Positions 48,548-57,604 of a stretch of DNA of 64,000 bases are shown piece after piece. This DNA is from a virus. Every line of letters begins with the position of its first letter. The stretch's first letter is position 1. The translations under genes were made by a program, and so were the position numbers. Below the pieces are notes generated by a model. The model searched no databases and was not told where the DNA came from. It worked only from the letters and a program-made list of their open reading frames with translations. The stretch is taken from the IMG/VR virus record IMGVR_UViG_3300042446_001683. One strand, given 5' to 3'.

Positions 48548-48874
48548 ATGAGCAAATCAGTATCACTTTCAGGTAATCAAGAATTACAATTCGTTACAGA
48601 CAGTTGGGAAAAAACAGTTACAGTTTACTTATTTGACACAATAAGTGATACACGAGTGACATTAACTGAGTTTTATAATGGTAGATGGAATTCAAAATCA
48701 TCATCTCATTTAGATAAATTCTTTGAATTAATTAAAGTTAATCCTAAGATTAAAATTGCAATGAAGAAAGCATTTAGTGAGTTAAGAGCTGAAACACCAG
48801 TAAATACATTTTCAACTACATTGAAATGTTTTAAACGTCGTTTCATTATTAAAGTTAAGAAATTAGTAAAATGA
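48548..48874 (+). CDS. Hypothetical protein
   Basis: ORF after the promoter. Confidence 0.65.
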   Translation: MSKSVSLSGNQELQFVTDSWEKTVTVYLFDTISDTRVTLTEFYNGRWNSKSSSHLDKFFELIKVNPKIKIAMKKAFSELRAETPVNTFSTTLKCFKRRFIIKVKKLVK

Positions 48875-49608
48875 AAACAATAGTAATAGGAGATATTCAT
48901 GGACGCAATGTTTGGAAAGACATTGTGTTCCAAGAAGAAGCAGATCGAGTTATCTTTATAGGAGATTATTTTGATAGTTTTGATATTGAACCTGCTCAGC
49001 AGATGTTTAATTTTAAAGAAATAATTGAGTTTAAAGAGAAAGGTGAGTGTGAAGTAATTATGTTAGTGGGTAACCATGACTATCATTATTACCCAGGGGG
49101 TGAGACATATTCAGGATATAAAGCAGGTGCAGCTCCAGCTATTAGACAGTTGCTTCAAGAAAATAACCACCACCTACAAATGTGTTATCAACTTGATAAT
49201 ATCTTGTTTACACATGCTGGTATTGGTCATGATTGGTTAGTGTATCAAAATCATTATGAACCATTTACAGACCAAGGTACTGTAACTAACATAGCTGATT
49301 ATGTGAATGCAATTTGGAAATACCAACCTAATCGTTTTATGTTTTATGGTATTGACCAGTATGGTAATACTAAAACACAAACACCAATTTGGATTCGCCC
49401 TCAAGCATTAATGGCTGGTAATAGAGATACATTCTTAAAAGAAGATTATATCCAAGTAGTAGGTCATACTCATGTTAAGAAGATTGATATTGAAGGTAAA
49501 TCAACAGGTGGTAGATATTATTTTATTGACACACTTGATACCTCAAATAAGTTTTTAATTTATGAAGATAGAGAGTTTAAAGTAGGTGATTATCCAACTA
49601 TATTATGA
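48871..49608 (+). CDS. Calcineurin-like metallophosphoesterase
   Basis: GDIHG, GDYFD, GNHD, THAG, VGHT. Confidence 0.9.
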   Translation: MKTIVIGDIHGRNVWKDIVFQEEADRVIFIGDYFDSFDIEPAQQMFNFKEIIEFKEKGECEVIMLVGNHDYHYYPGGETYSGYKAGAAPAIRQLLQENNHHLQMCYQLDNILFTHAGIGHDWLVYQNHYEPFTDQGTVTNIADYVNAIWKYQPNRFMFYGIDQYGNTKTQTPIWIRPQALMAGNRDTFLKEDYIQVVGHTHVKKIDIEGKSTGGRYYFIDTLDTSNKFLIYEDREFKVGDYPTIL

Positions 49609-49799
49609 GATTAAGTGAAGTAACTATATATCCTAGAGTCTATAACGTTATTGAGACAATTGATAATAGATTTAGTAATGGGAGTGAAATCAAAGTATGC
49701 CATGTTAGTGACAACTCATTATTAGTGGCTGTAGGTTCAGGCCTAGCATTTATATTAGATAAAGAAGAAGCAAAACAAATAAAAGTAGAATCAAGATGA
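49605..49799 (+). CDS. Hypothetical protein
   Basis: ATGA-coupled. Confidence 0.6.
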   Translation: MRLSEVTIYPRVYNVIETIDNRFSNGSEIKVCHVSDNSLLVAVGSGLAFILDKEEAKQIKVESR

Positions 49800-50113
49800 A
49801 AAAAGTATTATTAACATTATTAAGTATAGGTTTAATTAGTTGTGATTTAATTACACCACCACCAATTCTTATATCTCGTGTAGATACAGTCAAGGTAAGT
49901 CTACAACCGATTATTCCAACAGACACTACTAAGGCATGGCCTATTAAAGTTGTATCTGTAGAAAGAAATGTAGATAAAAGTATAGATATGAAATGGCAGG
50001 TAGTAACTGAGAATGGAGTTATGTATTATACTAATAAGAAGCCACAAATTGGTGATGTAGCTTTTTGTTTAGGAATGGATGAAGAAATTGTTGACTGTGA
50101 TTGCAAGAAGTAA
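49796..50113 (+). CDS. Lipoprotein
   Basis: MKKVLLTLLSIGLIS-C lipobox. Confidence 0.65.
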   Translation: MKKVLLTLLSIGLISCDLITPPPILISRVDTVKVSLQPIIPTDTTKAWPIKVVSVERNVDKSIDMKWQVVTENGVMYYTNKKPQIGDVAFCLGMDEEIVDCDCKK

Positions 50114-50123
50114 AATGTCGGTG

Positions 50124-50131
50124 ATATTTAT
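50124..50131 (+). promoter_or_regulatory. Putative late promoter ATATTTAT upstream of the endolysin
   Basis: Intergenic motif. Confidence 0.5.
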
Positions 50132-50148
50132 CACTAAACAATTTACTT

Positions 50149-50979
50149 ATGTTATTAAAAAACGGATCGAAAGGAGAAGAAGTTAAACAACTTCAAACAT
50201 TATTAGGTTTAGGAGCTGATGGAAGCTTTGGACCAATGACAGAAGCTAAAGTCAAAGAATGGCAAGCTAAAAACGGATTAACAGCAGATGGTATTGTAGG
50301 CCCTAGCACATGGGGTAAAATGTTTGGAGCAGCACCAGTAGCTGCACCTGTAGCTGCACCAGTAGCAATACCACCAAGTTCATTTAAATTAGATGCTTTA
50401 AAAGGACATATTCCTGATGCTGTAATTGCTCAAATCCCAGATACAGCAGCAAAATTCAATATTACAAACCCACTACGTTTAGCTCATTTCTTAGCACAAT
50501 GTGGTCATGAATCAGGTGGATTCAAATTCATTAATGAGAATTTAAACTATTCAGCTGATGGTTTAAAGAAGATATTTGGAAAATATTTTCCTGGTGATTT
50601 AGCTAATTCTTATGCTCGTAACCCTGAAAAAATAGCATCTCGTGTTTATGGAGCTAGAATGGGTAATGGTGATGAATCAACAGGTGAAGGATTTAAATAT
50701 CGTGGACGTGGTTACATCCAATTAACTGGAAAATCTAATTATACTAGCTTTGCTAAATTCATAGGTGAAGATACAGTTGCTAATCCTGATTTAGTAGCAA
50801 CTAAATATCCATTAGCATCAGCAGCATTTTTCTTTGATTCAAATAAATTATGGTCAATATGTGATAAAGGAGCTGATGAAGCAACTGTCACTGCGGTTAC
50901 TAAACGAGTTAACGGCGGTACAATTGGTTTACCAGATCGTATTAAGCATTTCAATGAGTACTATAATTTATTAAAATAA
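50149..50979 (+). CDS. Endolysin: peptidoglycan-binding domain plus GH19 lysozyme/chitinase-like domain
   Basis: DG.FG..T..DGIVGP.TW; FLAQCGHESGG, ENLNYS, YRGRGYIQLTG, NGG..GL.DR. Confidence 0.92.
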   Translation: MLLKNGSKGEEVKQLQTLLGLGADGSFGPMTEAKVKEWQAKNGLTADGIVGPSTWGKMFGAAPVAAPVAAPVAIPPSSFKLDALKGHIPDAVIAQIPDTAAKFNITNPLRLAHFLAQCGHESGGFKFINENLNYSADGLKKIFGKYFPGDLANSYARNPEKIASRVYGARMGNGDESTGEGFKYRGRGYIQLTGKSNYTSFAKFIGEDTVANPDLVATKYPLASAAFFFDSNKLWSICDKGADEATVTAVTKRVNGGTIGLPDRIKHFNEYYNLLK

Positions 50980-52086
50980 ATGAAAAATCTACCTAAAGAA
51001 GAATTATTAAGTAGACTTGAAGCAATTAATAGAAGCAACGCTATTATATACTTTGACCTTAATGGGGTTATATTAGGAGTTAATGATATTTTTTTAGAAG
51101 TAATGGGTTATGGTAAAGGCAACCATGAAGATTTAGTTGGAAAACACCATAGTATTTTTGTATGTGATGATTATTCAAGATCACTTGAGTATGAAAAGTT
51201 TTGGGACATCTTAAGAAGTGGTAAATACTATCAAGGTGAGTTTGAGAGAAGAAAAAAGGATGGAAGTCTTATTAATCTTCAAGCAACTTACAATCCTATT
51301 TTTGATGAGAATAATAAGATTACTAAGATAATGAAGATTGCTACTGATATTAGTTTAATTGTTAACAGCAAGAAACAAATAGATGCAATTAACAGAAGTA
51401 CAGCTCTTATCAGTTTCAACACTGACGGATTTATCATAGACGTCAATTCTATATTTTTAGAAACTATGGGGTATAAGCCCAATGAAAAATCTAAAGTTGT
51501 AGGAAAACATCATAGTATTTTTGTTAGCTATGAGTATTCCAAATCAGATGAATATGCTAAATTTTGGGAGAGTTTAAGAAAAGGTAAGTATTTTGACGGA
51601 GTATTTGAAAGAAAAAAAGTAGATGGCTCCACTGTCTATTTACAAGCATCTTATAATCCGGTATTGGACAGTAAAGGAAATATAACTGATGTAGTTAAGA
51701 TTGCGACTGATGTCACTGATGCTGTGAACAATAAGAAGAGAATAGATGAACTTTCAAAGAACTTACAAATAGAGTTAGATAACTCTCAGAAACTTAAGAA
51801 CGCAATTGAGATAGAAAAGGATGCTGCTTTGAATGATTTAGATGTGATGATGAAAAAAAGTCAAAGTGAATTAATAAAAACTATTGTTAAAGTTGCTTTA
51901 GCTGTCATAGTTGGAGTTGGAGTTGTAACAACAGCATTATATTGGATGGCTATTATAACAAATCAAGATACACAAATTATTGGTTCCACTTGGAGTAACA
52001 TGTTTAGTGTATTATTAACAAACGCATTTTCAATAGTTGGTACAATTATGGGTATTAAGTATGCAACACAAGACGGAAAAAAATAA
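50980..52086 (+). CDS. Tandem PAS-PAS, coiled coil and two C-terminal TM helices
   Basis: Two homologous PAS/PAC repeats (AINRS..I.F..G.I..VN.IFL..MGY...VGKHHSIFV...FW..LR.G...G.FER.K.DG....LQA.YNP...KIATD); two hydrophobic C-terminal helices. Confidence 0.85.
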   Translation: MKNLPKEELLSRLEAINRSNAIIYFDLNGVILGVNDIFLEVMGYGKGNHEDLVGKHHSIFVCDDYSRSLEYEKFWDILRSGKYYQGEFERRKKDGSLINLQATYNPIFDENNKITKIMKIATDISLIVNSKKQIDAINRSTALISFNTDGFIIDVNSIFLETMGYKPNEKSKVVGKHHSIFVSYEYSKSDEYAKFWESLRKGKYFDGVFERKKVDGSTVYLQASYNPVLDSKGNITDVVKIATDVTDAVNNKKRIDELSKNLQIELDNSQKLKNAIEIEKDAALNDLDVMMKKSQSELIKTIVKVALAVIVGVGVVTTALYWMAIITNQDTQIIGSTWSNMFSVLLTNAFSIVGTIMGIKYATQDGKK

Positions 52087-52116
52087 TAAAGAAGAAATAA
52101 ACGAGAAAGAGAAATA

Positions 52117-52719
52117 ATGGAAATATTAATCCCTGTCCTAATTGCTTTAATTACATCTGTGCTTGGTCCTATATTAATGGAGTGGGCTAAAGCTAAATTC
52201 AAAAAGAAATCAGCTGACCCAATGCCTGATGCTATTAAGTATAATGAGCAAATTGAACATCAATTAGATATAATACTTGATGAGTTAGAATGTGATCAAA
52301 TATTCATAGCTCAATTTCATAATGGAGGTCATTTTTATCCAACTGGTAAATCAATTCAAAAATTCTCTATATTCTATGAGGTATTAAACCCAAATATTGA
52401 ATCAGTTAAAAACATTTATCAAAATATACCTGTATCATTATTCAATAAACCATTATCTGAATTATATGAACATGGAGAGGTAATAATTGAAGATGCTGAG
52501 GCAGCTAATTCATATTTACTTAACACAACAACAGGTGGTAAATGTAAATCAATTTATTTATTAGCGTTAACTGATTTAGATGGGCGTATCATAGGTGTTA
52601 TGGGTATTCATTATATTGAAAAGAAACATAAAATAGTTAAAGACGAGTGGATTTTCATTCGTCAAAAAGTAGGTGCGATTGGTAATATTATTAGTAATTA
52701 TCTACATAGTAAAAAATAA
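52117..52719 (+). CDS. N-terminal TM plus GAF-like domain protein (holin candidate)
   Basis: Hydrophobic aa 1-21; IAQFHNGG...SIYLL.L.DLDG.IIGVMGI.Y GAF-like pattern; last gene of the endolysin unit. Confidence 0.5.
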   Translation: MEILIPVLIALITSVLGPILMEWAKAKFKKKSADPMPDAIKYNEQIEHQLDIILDELECDQIFIAQFHNGGHFYPTGKSIQKFSIFYEVLNPNIESVKNIYQNIPVSLFNKPLSELYEHGEVIIEDAEAANSYLLNTTTGGKCKSIYLLALTDLDGRIIGVMGIHYIEKKHKIVKDEWIFIRQKVGAIGNIISNYLHSKK

Positions 52720-52740
52720 ACACACCATTTCATGGATAAA

Positions 52741-52772
52741 GTTTGGCCTTCGGGCCATTCTTTGTTATATTT
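52741..52772 (+). promoter_or_regulatory. Bacteroidota-type promoter with embedded UUCG hairpin (ends the lysis unit)
   Basis: gtttggccttcgggccattctttgttatattt. Confidence 0.75.
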
Positions 52773-52777
52773 AGATC

Positions 52778-53872
52778 ATGAAATTAAACACATTATTTAA
52801 ACGCGCAGTAAACGGTAAAGTCAATGAGTGGACCGTTGAAATAGAAAACAATTGTTTTAGAACAATATCAGGTTATACTGATGGAGTTAAAACAACTTCT
52901 GAATGGACATGCTGTTCAGGTAAGAATACAGGTAAGAAAAACGCTACTACACCTGAACAACAAGCATTAGCTGAGGCTAAAGCAATGTGGACTAAAAAAT
53001 TAGAGTTAGGTAGTTATGAGTCAATAGATGATATTGATACACCTAAGTTTTTTAATCCAATGTTAGCTCATAAATTTGAAGACCATAAAGATAAAATTGA
53101 ATACCCAGTTTATAGTCAACCTAAATTAGATGGTATTAGATGTATTGTTAGAGCAGATGGTATGTGGAGTAGAAATGGTAAGAAAATTATCTCAGCACCT
53201 CATATTTTTGAATCATTAAAACCATTATTTGAATCTAATCCTGATTTGATATTTGATGGTGAGTTGTATGCTGATAAGTTTGCAAATGACTTTAACGCTA
53301 TTTGTTCATTGGTTAAAAAAACTAAACCAACAAGTAATGATTTAGCTAAAAGTAAAGAATCAATCCAATATCATATTTATGATTTACCTAATCATGATGG
53401 TGTGTTTAGTGAGCGACATAGTGCTTTAAACAAAATATCTTTACCTAAGTGTTGTGTGTTGGTAAGAACAAGTATCGTTCATACAGCTGAGTGGGTTGAT
53501 AAATGGTATATTGATTATGTTAGTGAGGGATATGAGGGGTTAATGGTGCGTTTAGATAAAAAATATGAATCGAAACGTTCTAAGTCATTACTTAAGTATA
53601 AGTCGTTTATAGACGAGGAATATACTATATTAGATATAGTTGAAGGTTTAGGTAACAAAACTGGAATGGTAGGTTCATTTATATTTAAGAGTAAGACAGG
53701 ACATATATTTAATTCATCACCTAAATTTAATTGGGAGGAATGTAAGGCGATGTGGAACAATAAAAATGAATTAATCGGTAAATCAGCCACAGTTAAGTAC
53801 TTTAACTTAACACCAGATGGTGTTCCAAGATTTCCATATGTAATTAAAATTGATAGAGAGAGTTACGAATGA
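52778..53872 (+). CDS. ATP-dependent DNA ligase
   Basis: PMLA, KLDGIR, DGELY, EGLMVR, RSKSLLKYK, PRFP. Confidence 0.93.
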   Translation: MKLNTLFKRAVNGKVNEWTVEIENNCFRTISGYTDGVKTTSEWTCCSGKNTGKKNATTPEQQALAEAKAMWTKKLELGSYESIDDIDTPKFFNPMLAHKFEDHKDKIEYPVYSQPKLDGIRCIVRADGMWSRNGKKIISAPHIFESLKPLFESNPDLIFDGELYADKFANDFNAICSLVKKTKPTSNDLAKSKESIQYHIYDLPNHDGVFSERHSALNKISLPKCCVLVRTSIVHTAEWVDKWYIDYVSEGYEGLMVRLDKKYESKRSKSLLKYKSFIDEEYTILDIVEGLGNKTGMVGSFIFKSKTGHIFNSSPKFNWEECKAMWNNKNELIGKSATVKYFNLTPDGVPRFPYVIKIDRESYE

Positions 53873-54096
53873 AAAAGTGCTTTGACTGTAAACGAACATA
53901 TCCATTATTTATGTTCACTAGAAACCCTAGACCATACCAACGACCTCAACACCAGGGTAAGAATTTAGTATGTAGACATTGTACATATAAACGTTGGAGT
54001 GAGAGTATGTTTGCTTGGGTAGTGGATGAGAATGGTAAATTTAAAAAAATTGAATTTAAATCAAAGTGGGAAATTATTAAAAGATTATTTTTATGA
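53869..54096 (+). CDS. Small zinc-finger protein
   Basis: CFDC...CRHC. Confidence 0.6.
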   Translation: MKKCFDCKRTYPLFMFTRNPRPYQRPQHQGKNLVCRHCTYKRWSESMFAWVVDENGKFKKIEFKSKWEIIKRLFL

Positions 54097-54221
54097 TAGC
54101 ATCAGCAATTATTTCATTTATACTAGCAGGTATAATAGCAGTATTAATGGTTAGTGGATTAGAATATATGGAAAAAAATCACCCTGATTATGATGGGAAG
54201 GATTTATTTGATGAAGAATAA
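54093..54221 (+). CDS. Small membrane protein (42 aa, not in ORF track)
   Basis: N-terminal TM then HPDYDGKDLF. Confidence 0.55.
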   Translation: MIASAIISFILAGIIAVLMVSGLEYMEKNHPDYDGKDLFDEE

Positions 54222-54236
54222 ACCATATTTATTAAT

Positions 54237-54518
54237 ATGGAAAAAGAAACTAAAATAAGTAGTTATGGCGAAACATTCTTAAGTAAACTTAAAGAACAGT
54301 CATTCACAATCATTATTTTGGTTGGTATAATGTATTATCAAAATACTCTATTCAATAAACAAATGGATGAGTATAGACAAATGATACAAGAAAAAGAAGA
54401 GTTAGTATTAAAACTAACTGATGAGGAACGTGCTCGATTAGTTAAACGTGAGGAATATTTGATCGGTCAACGTGACATGTTTATAGAAGATTTAAAAGAA
54501 AGAGCTAATAAAGAATAA
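54237..54518 (+). CDS. TM plus coiled-coil protein (late-type)
   Basis: Preceded by ATATTTATT at 54225; SFTIIILVGIMYY TM. Confidence 0.6.
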   Translation: MEKETKISSYGETFLSKLKEQSFTIIILVGIMYYQNTLFNKQMDEYRQMIQEKEELVLKLTDEERARLVKREEYLIGQRDMFIEDLKERANKE

Positions 54519-54554
54519 ATTGGAAAAGTAAATAAAGGTTATTATATTATAGTT

Positions 54555-55508
54555 ATGAGCAAATTAAGTACACTTAAAGAACAACACCCTAATTTCAATA
54601 TAGGGTTAATAGATGCACTCAGCATTCTATTTGAAAAACCTAAGTATGTTGAATTAGCATTCAACTTACATAAGCATAACTTCAATAAACAAATGAAAAA
54701 TGATTGGTATGCGAAAAGAAGATACGCTACTGATCTTATTGATGCTGGGTTTAAAAAAGAGCATATAGATAAAATCTCAGACCAAACATTAGTATCAATT
54801 CATAACATATTAGATGATGTTAATGATGCTATTTTAGAAGATGTTAATAAATTTATTGAGTTAAATGAAAGAGGTTTAATTGAAAATAAAGATGTTACAT
54901 CATATAAGAGTTTAGAAGAACTTCAAGGCGCATTATCAATTGCAGAGTTAAAACTTATGAGTAATGATTTAGAAAAATTTGTTATAAAACTCTATGATGA
55001 AAATGATTGGTTAATTATTAAACCATTAACATATGAGTCATCTTGTAAATATGGAGCTGGGACTAAATGGTGTACTGCCTCTACAAATGAAGAATATCAA
55101 TACCACAACTATACAAGACGAGGTATTTTGATTTACGCTATGAATAGAAAAACTGGAGTTAAAGTAGCAGCGTTTAAAAACTTAGACTCAGACCACCAAC
55201 GTGAAACATCATTTTGGAATGCAGTTGATGAGAGATTAGATTCATCAGAATGTAAATTACCATCTCATATCTTAGATATAATCATAACTGATTTTAGAAG
55301 TTGTGTTACATCAAATTATGATTTAGGTACTGATGAAATTAAAAAAATGAATGATGAGCGATTAAATGGTAAAGAAAAATCAAATTCATTAGTTTATAGT
55401 CTTAGAGAATTAGCTGATAGATATGATTTAACTATGGCTGACCAACCAGTAGAAGAAGCAGTACCATCAATAGAATATGAATTGACCAATGGAGGAGCAG
55501 GAGCATGA
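54555..55508 (+). CDS. Conserved-looking hypothetical protein
   Basis: PLTYESSCKYGAGTKWCT motif; promoter at 54519-54549. Confidence 0.75.
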   Translation: MSKLSTLKEQHPNFNIGLIDALSILFEKPKYVELAFNLHKHNFNKQMKNDWYAKRRYATDLIDAGFKKEHIDKISDQTLVSIHNILDDVNDAILEDVNKFIELNERGLIENKDVTSYKSLEELQGALSIAELKLMSNDLEKFVIKLYDENDWLIIKPLTYESSCKYGAGTKWCTASTNEEYQYHNYTRRGILIYAMNRKTGVKVAAFKNLDSDHQRETSFWNAVDERLDSSECKLPSHILDIIITDFRSCVTSNYDLGTDEIKKMNDERLNGKEKSNSLVYSLRELADRYDLTMADQPVEEAVPSIEYELTNGGAGA

Positions 55509-55723
55509 GAAAAAACGACATATTAGAAGCAATAGAAGCAGAACTATGTGGAATCATATATAGTGGTAATACATTAATACCACACCATATAATAGAAGTC
55601 ATCAGTAAATATAAAGACGAAGAAGAGGAATTTGAGGAATGGGATTGGGAAGATATGGAACGCGCTGACCGATTCGAAACATGGAACGAAGCACCTTATG
55701 GTGACGATGACGATGAAGATTAA
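55505..55723 (+). CDS. Acidic hypothetical protein
   Basis: D/E-rich C-terminus. Confidence 0.6.
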   Translation: MRKNDILEAIEAELCGIIYSGNTLIPHHIIEVISKYKDEEEEFEEWDWEDMERADRFETWNEAPYGDDDDED

Positions 55724-55729
55724 AAATAA

Positions 55730-55761
55730 GTTTGGCCTCCGGGCCTTTCTTTATTATATTT
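55730..55761 (+). promoter_or_regulatory. Bacteroidota-type promoter with embedded hairpin (TCCG loop)
   Basis: gtttggcctccgggcctttctttattatattt. Confidence 0.7.
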
Positions 55762-55768
55762 AATCATT

Positions 55769-56425
55769 ATGAAAATAGAGTTAAAACAAGGTCAAAAATT
55801 ATGGTTCACAAGTGATACTCACTATAACCACTCCAACATATGTAGAGCAACTACACGTTGGACTGATGCTGATAGTGTGACTCGTGATTTTGCTTCATTA
55901 GAGAAAATGAATGAGGAGTTGGTGTACTGGATAAATAGAAGAGTAGCTCAAGATGATATCTTAATCCATTTAGGTGATTGGTCATTTGGTGGCTTTGAGA
56001 ATATTAAAGCATTTAGAGATAGAATTATATGTCAAAACATACATTTAATTTTAGGTAACCATGACCACCATATTGAACGGAATAAAGATAACATTTGTAG
56101 TATATTTTCATCTGTAAATCATTATGTTAAATTAGATTTACGACGTCCATCTCAAAAAGGTAAAGGACAAATAGATAGATTTAATTTTGTATTATGTCAC
56201 TTTCCAATTGCGAGTTGGGATGGAATGAATGATGAAGTAATACATTTACATGGACACGTCCATTTACCTGAGCACCTTAGAGTAGCTGATGGTAAAGCAA
56301 TGGATGTAGGAGTAGATGGGAATAGTTTGGAACCTATTGATTTAGATAGTATATTAAGAATAATGAGTAAGCAACCAATTGCTAAGTTATCGTTACCAAA
56401 AGATCATCATGAAAAAAGAATATAA
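55769..56425 (+). CDS. Calcineurin-like phosphoesterase
   Basis: SDTHY.H, HLGD, GNHD, CHFP, HGHVH, DVGVD. Confidence 0.88.
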   Translation: MKIELKQGQKLWFTSDTHYNHSNICRATTRWTDADSVTRDFASLEKMNEELVYWINRRVAQDDILIHLGDWSFGGFENIKAFRDRIICQNIHLILGNHDHHIERNKDNICSIFSSVNHYVKLDLRRPSQKGKGQIDRFNFVLCHFPIASWDGMNDEVIHLHGHVHLPEHLRVADGKAMDVGVDGNSLEPIDLDSILRIMSKQPIAKLSLPKDHHEKRI

Positions 56426-56426
56426 T

Positions 56427-56819
56427 ATGGAAGATAGAATACAAATAAATGGGGTATGGTATACTCGAGAGGATAACCAATCAACACAAGAAATAAAACC
56501 ATTAAAGAGAGAAGATGTAACTGGCTTTAAAGGATTTGTATATGAAACAGATAAATTCTGCTATGAAGCAACTATTATAGCAAAAAATGGTTTGTTTGAA
56601 GAAGGTGAATATTATGATAATATTGATATTAAGTTCACTGACAAACGTATTAAACCATGGGTAGAAGATCACTGGGATAGTATGGCTTGGTTTAAGGGAG
56701 TACTTGAAAATAACCCTGAATCAACTAAGGAATTATTAATTGGGGATCGCATGAATAGAGAAGATGTAGATGGGTTTAGATCATTTTTAGCATTTTTAAA
56801 ACAACAAGGATGGCTGTAA
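56427..56819 (+). CDS. Hypothetical protein
   Basis: Start re-assigned to MEDRIQINGVWY. Confidence 0.65.
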   Translation: MEDRIQINGVWYTREDNQSTQEIKPLKREDVTGFKGFVYETDKFCYEATIIAKNGLFEEGEYYDNIDIKFTDKRIKPWVEDHWDSMAWFKGVLENNPESTKELLIGDRMNREDVDGFRSFLAFLKQQGWL

Positions 56820-57160
56820 GAACATATATTAGAGTAACATACGTAGCACTATCACACTACGGCAAACCAATAGCAACTGCCCATACAGAGAAGGATCTCA
56901 AAGATGGGATAGATGAATACTATGGAATAGGAACAGACAACAAAGCTAAGTATATTGAATGGGTAGGTAATAACAGCAAATACCCAGACGAACTTGAAGG
57001 ACATCATATCTATGAAGTAGATGATTTCAATGGTGGATTAGAGTTTGAGCATGTAAAGGTGTATTGTGTAGAATTTTATCCGCATACAAAATATGAAGTG
57101 GATACTCAAAAAGAAGCACTCATTGAATTAACAAATATAAACTTAGAAGATGAAAACTAA
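56810..57160 (+). CDS. Hypothetical protein
   Basis: Coupled ORF. Confidence 0.65.
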   Translation: MAVRTYIRVTYVALSHYGKPIATAHTEKDLKDGIDEYYGIGTDNKAKYIEWVGNNSKYPDELEGHHIYEVDDFNGGLEFEHVKVYCVEFYPHTKYEVDTQKEALIELTNINLEDEN

Positions 57161-57419
57161 AACAGTAGAACGTCTAATGAACGAGACACCAGAGCATGTC
57201 AAACAACAAGTTAGTGAGTATGCTGATAATTTGGTAACCGTTAAAGCCTCAACAACTCAAGAACCATCACTTCATGTTGTAACAGTACCTAATCATGTAG
57301 GTTATTATTGTTTAGGAGGTAATATTGGGTTTTGTATTGCGTTTGCAAAAAAGCCTAACTGGTTTCATCGTACAATGATGAAGGTGTGTTTGGGATGGGA
57401 ATGGAAGGATAAGTCATGA
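57150..57419 (+). CDS. Hypothetical protein
   Basis: KPNWFHR..M...LGWEW. Confidence 0.65.
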   Translation: MKTKTVERLMNETPEHVKQQVSEYADNLVTVKASTTQEPSLHVVTVPNHVGYYCLGGNIGFCIAFAKKPNWFHRTMMKVCLGWEWKDKS

Positions 57420-57604
57420 CACCACAAGAGAAAGCAGTTGAATTGTTTAATAAATTTGGACGTGATGCTATAAACCAAATAGATAGTATGTTAAAGAGTA
57501 TGTCATTTCATTTTGGATTTATAGGTTATTCAACGCTTAAGTATTGGAATGAAGTAAAAGAGGAAATAAATAAATATGATACTAACACCACTACAACAAA
57601 TTAA
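57416..57604 (+). CDS. Hypothetical protein
   Basis: MTPQEKA.EL...YW.EVK.EI. Confidence 0.65.
   Translation: MTPQEKAVELFNKFGRDAINQIDSMLKSMSFHFGFIGYSTLKYWNEVKEEINKYDTNTTTTN

Noticed and set aside
50329-50367. Short tandem repeat encoding AAPVAAPVAAPVA
   Set aside because: Ordinary flexible linker between endolysin domains.
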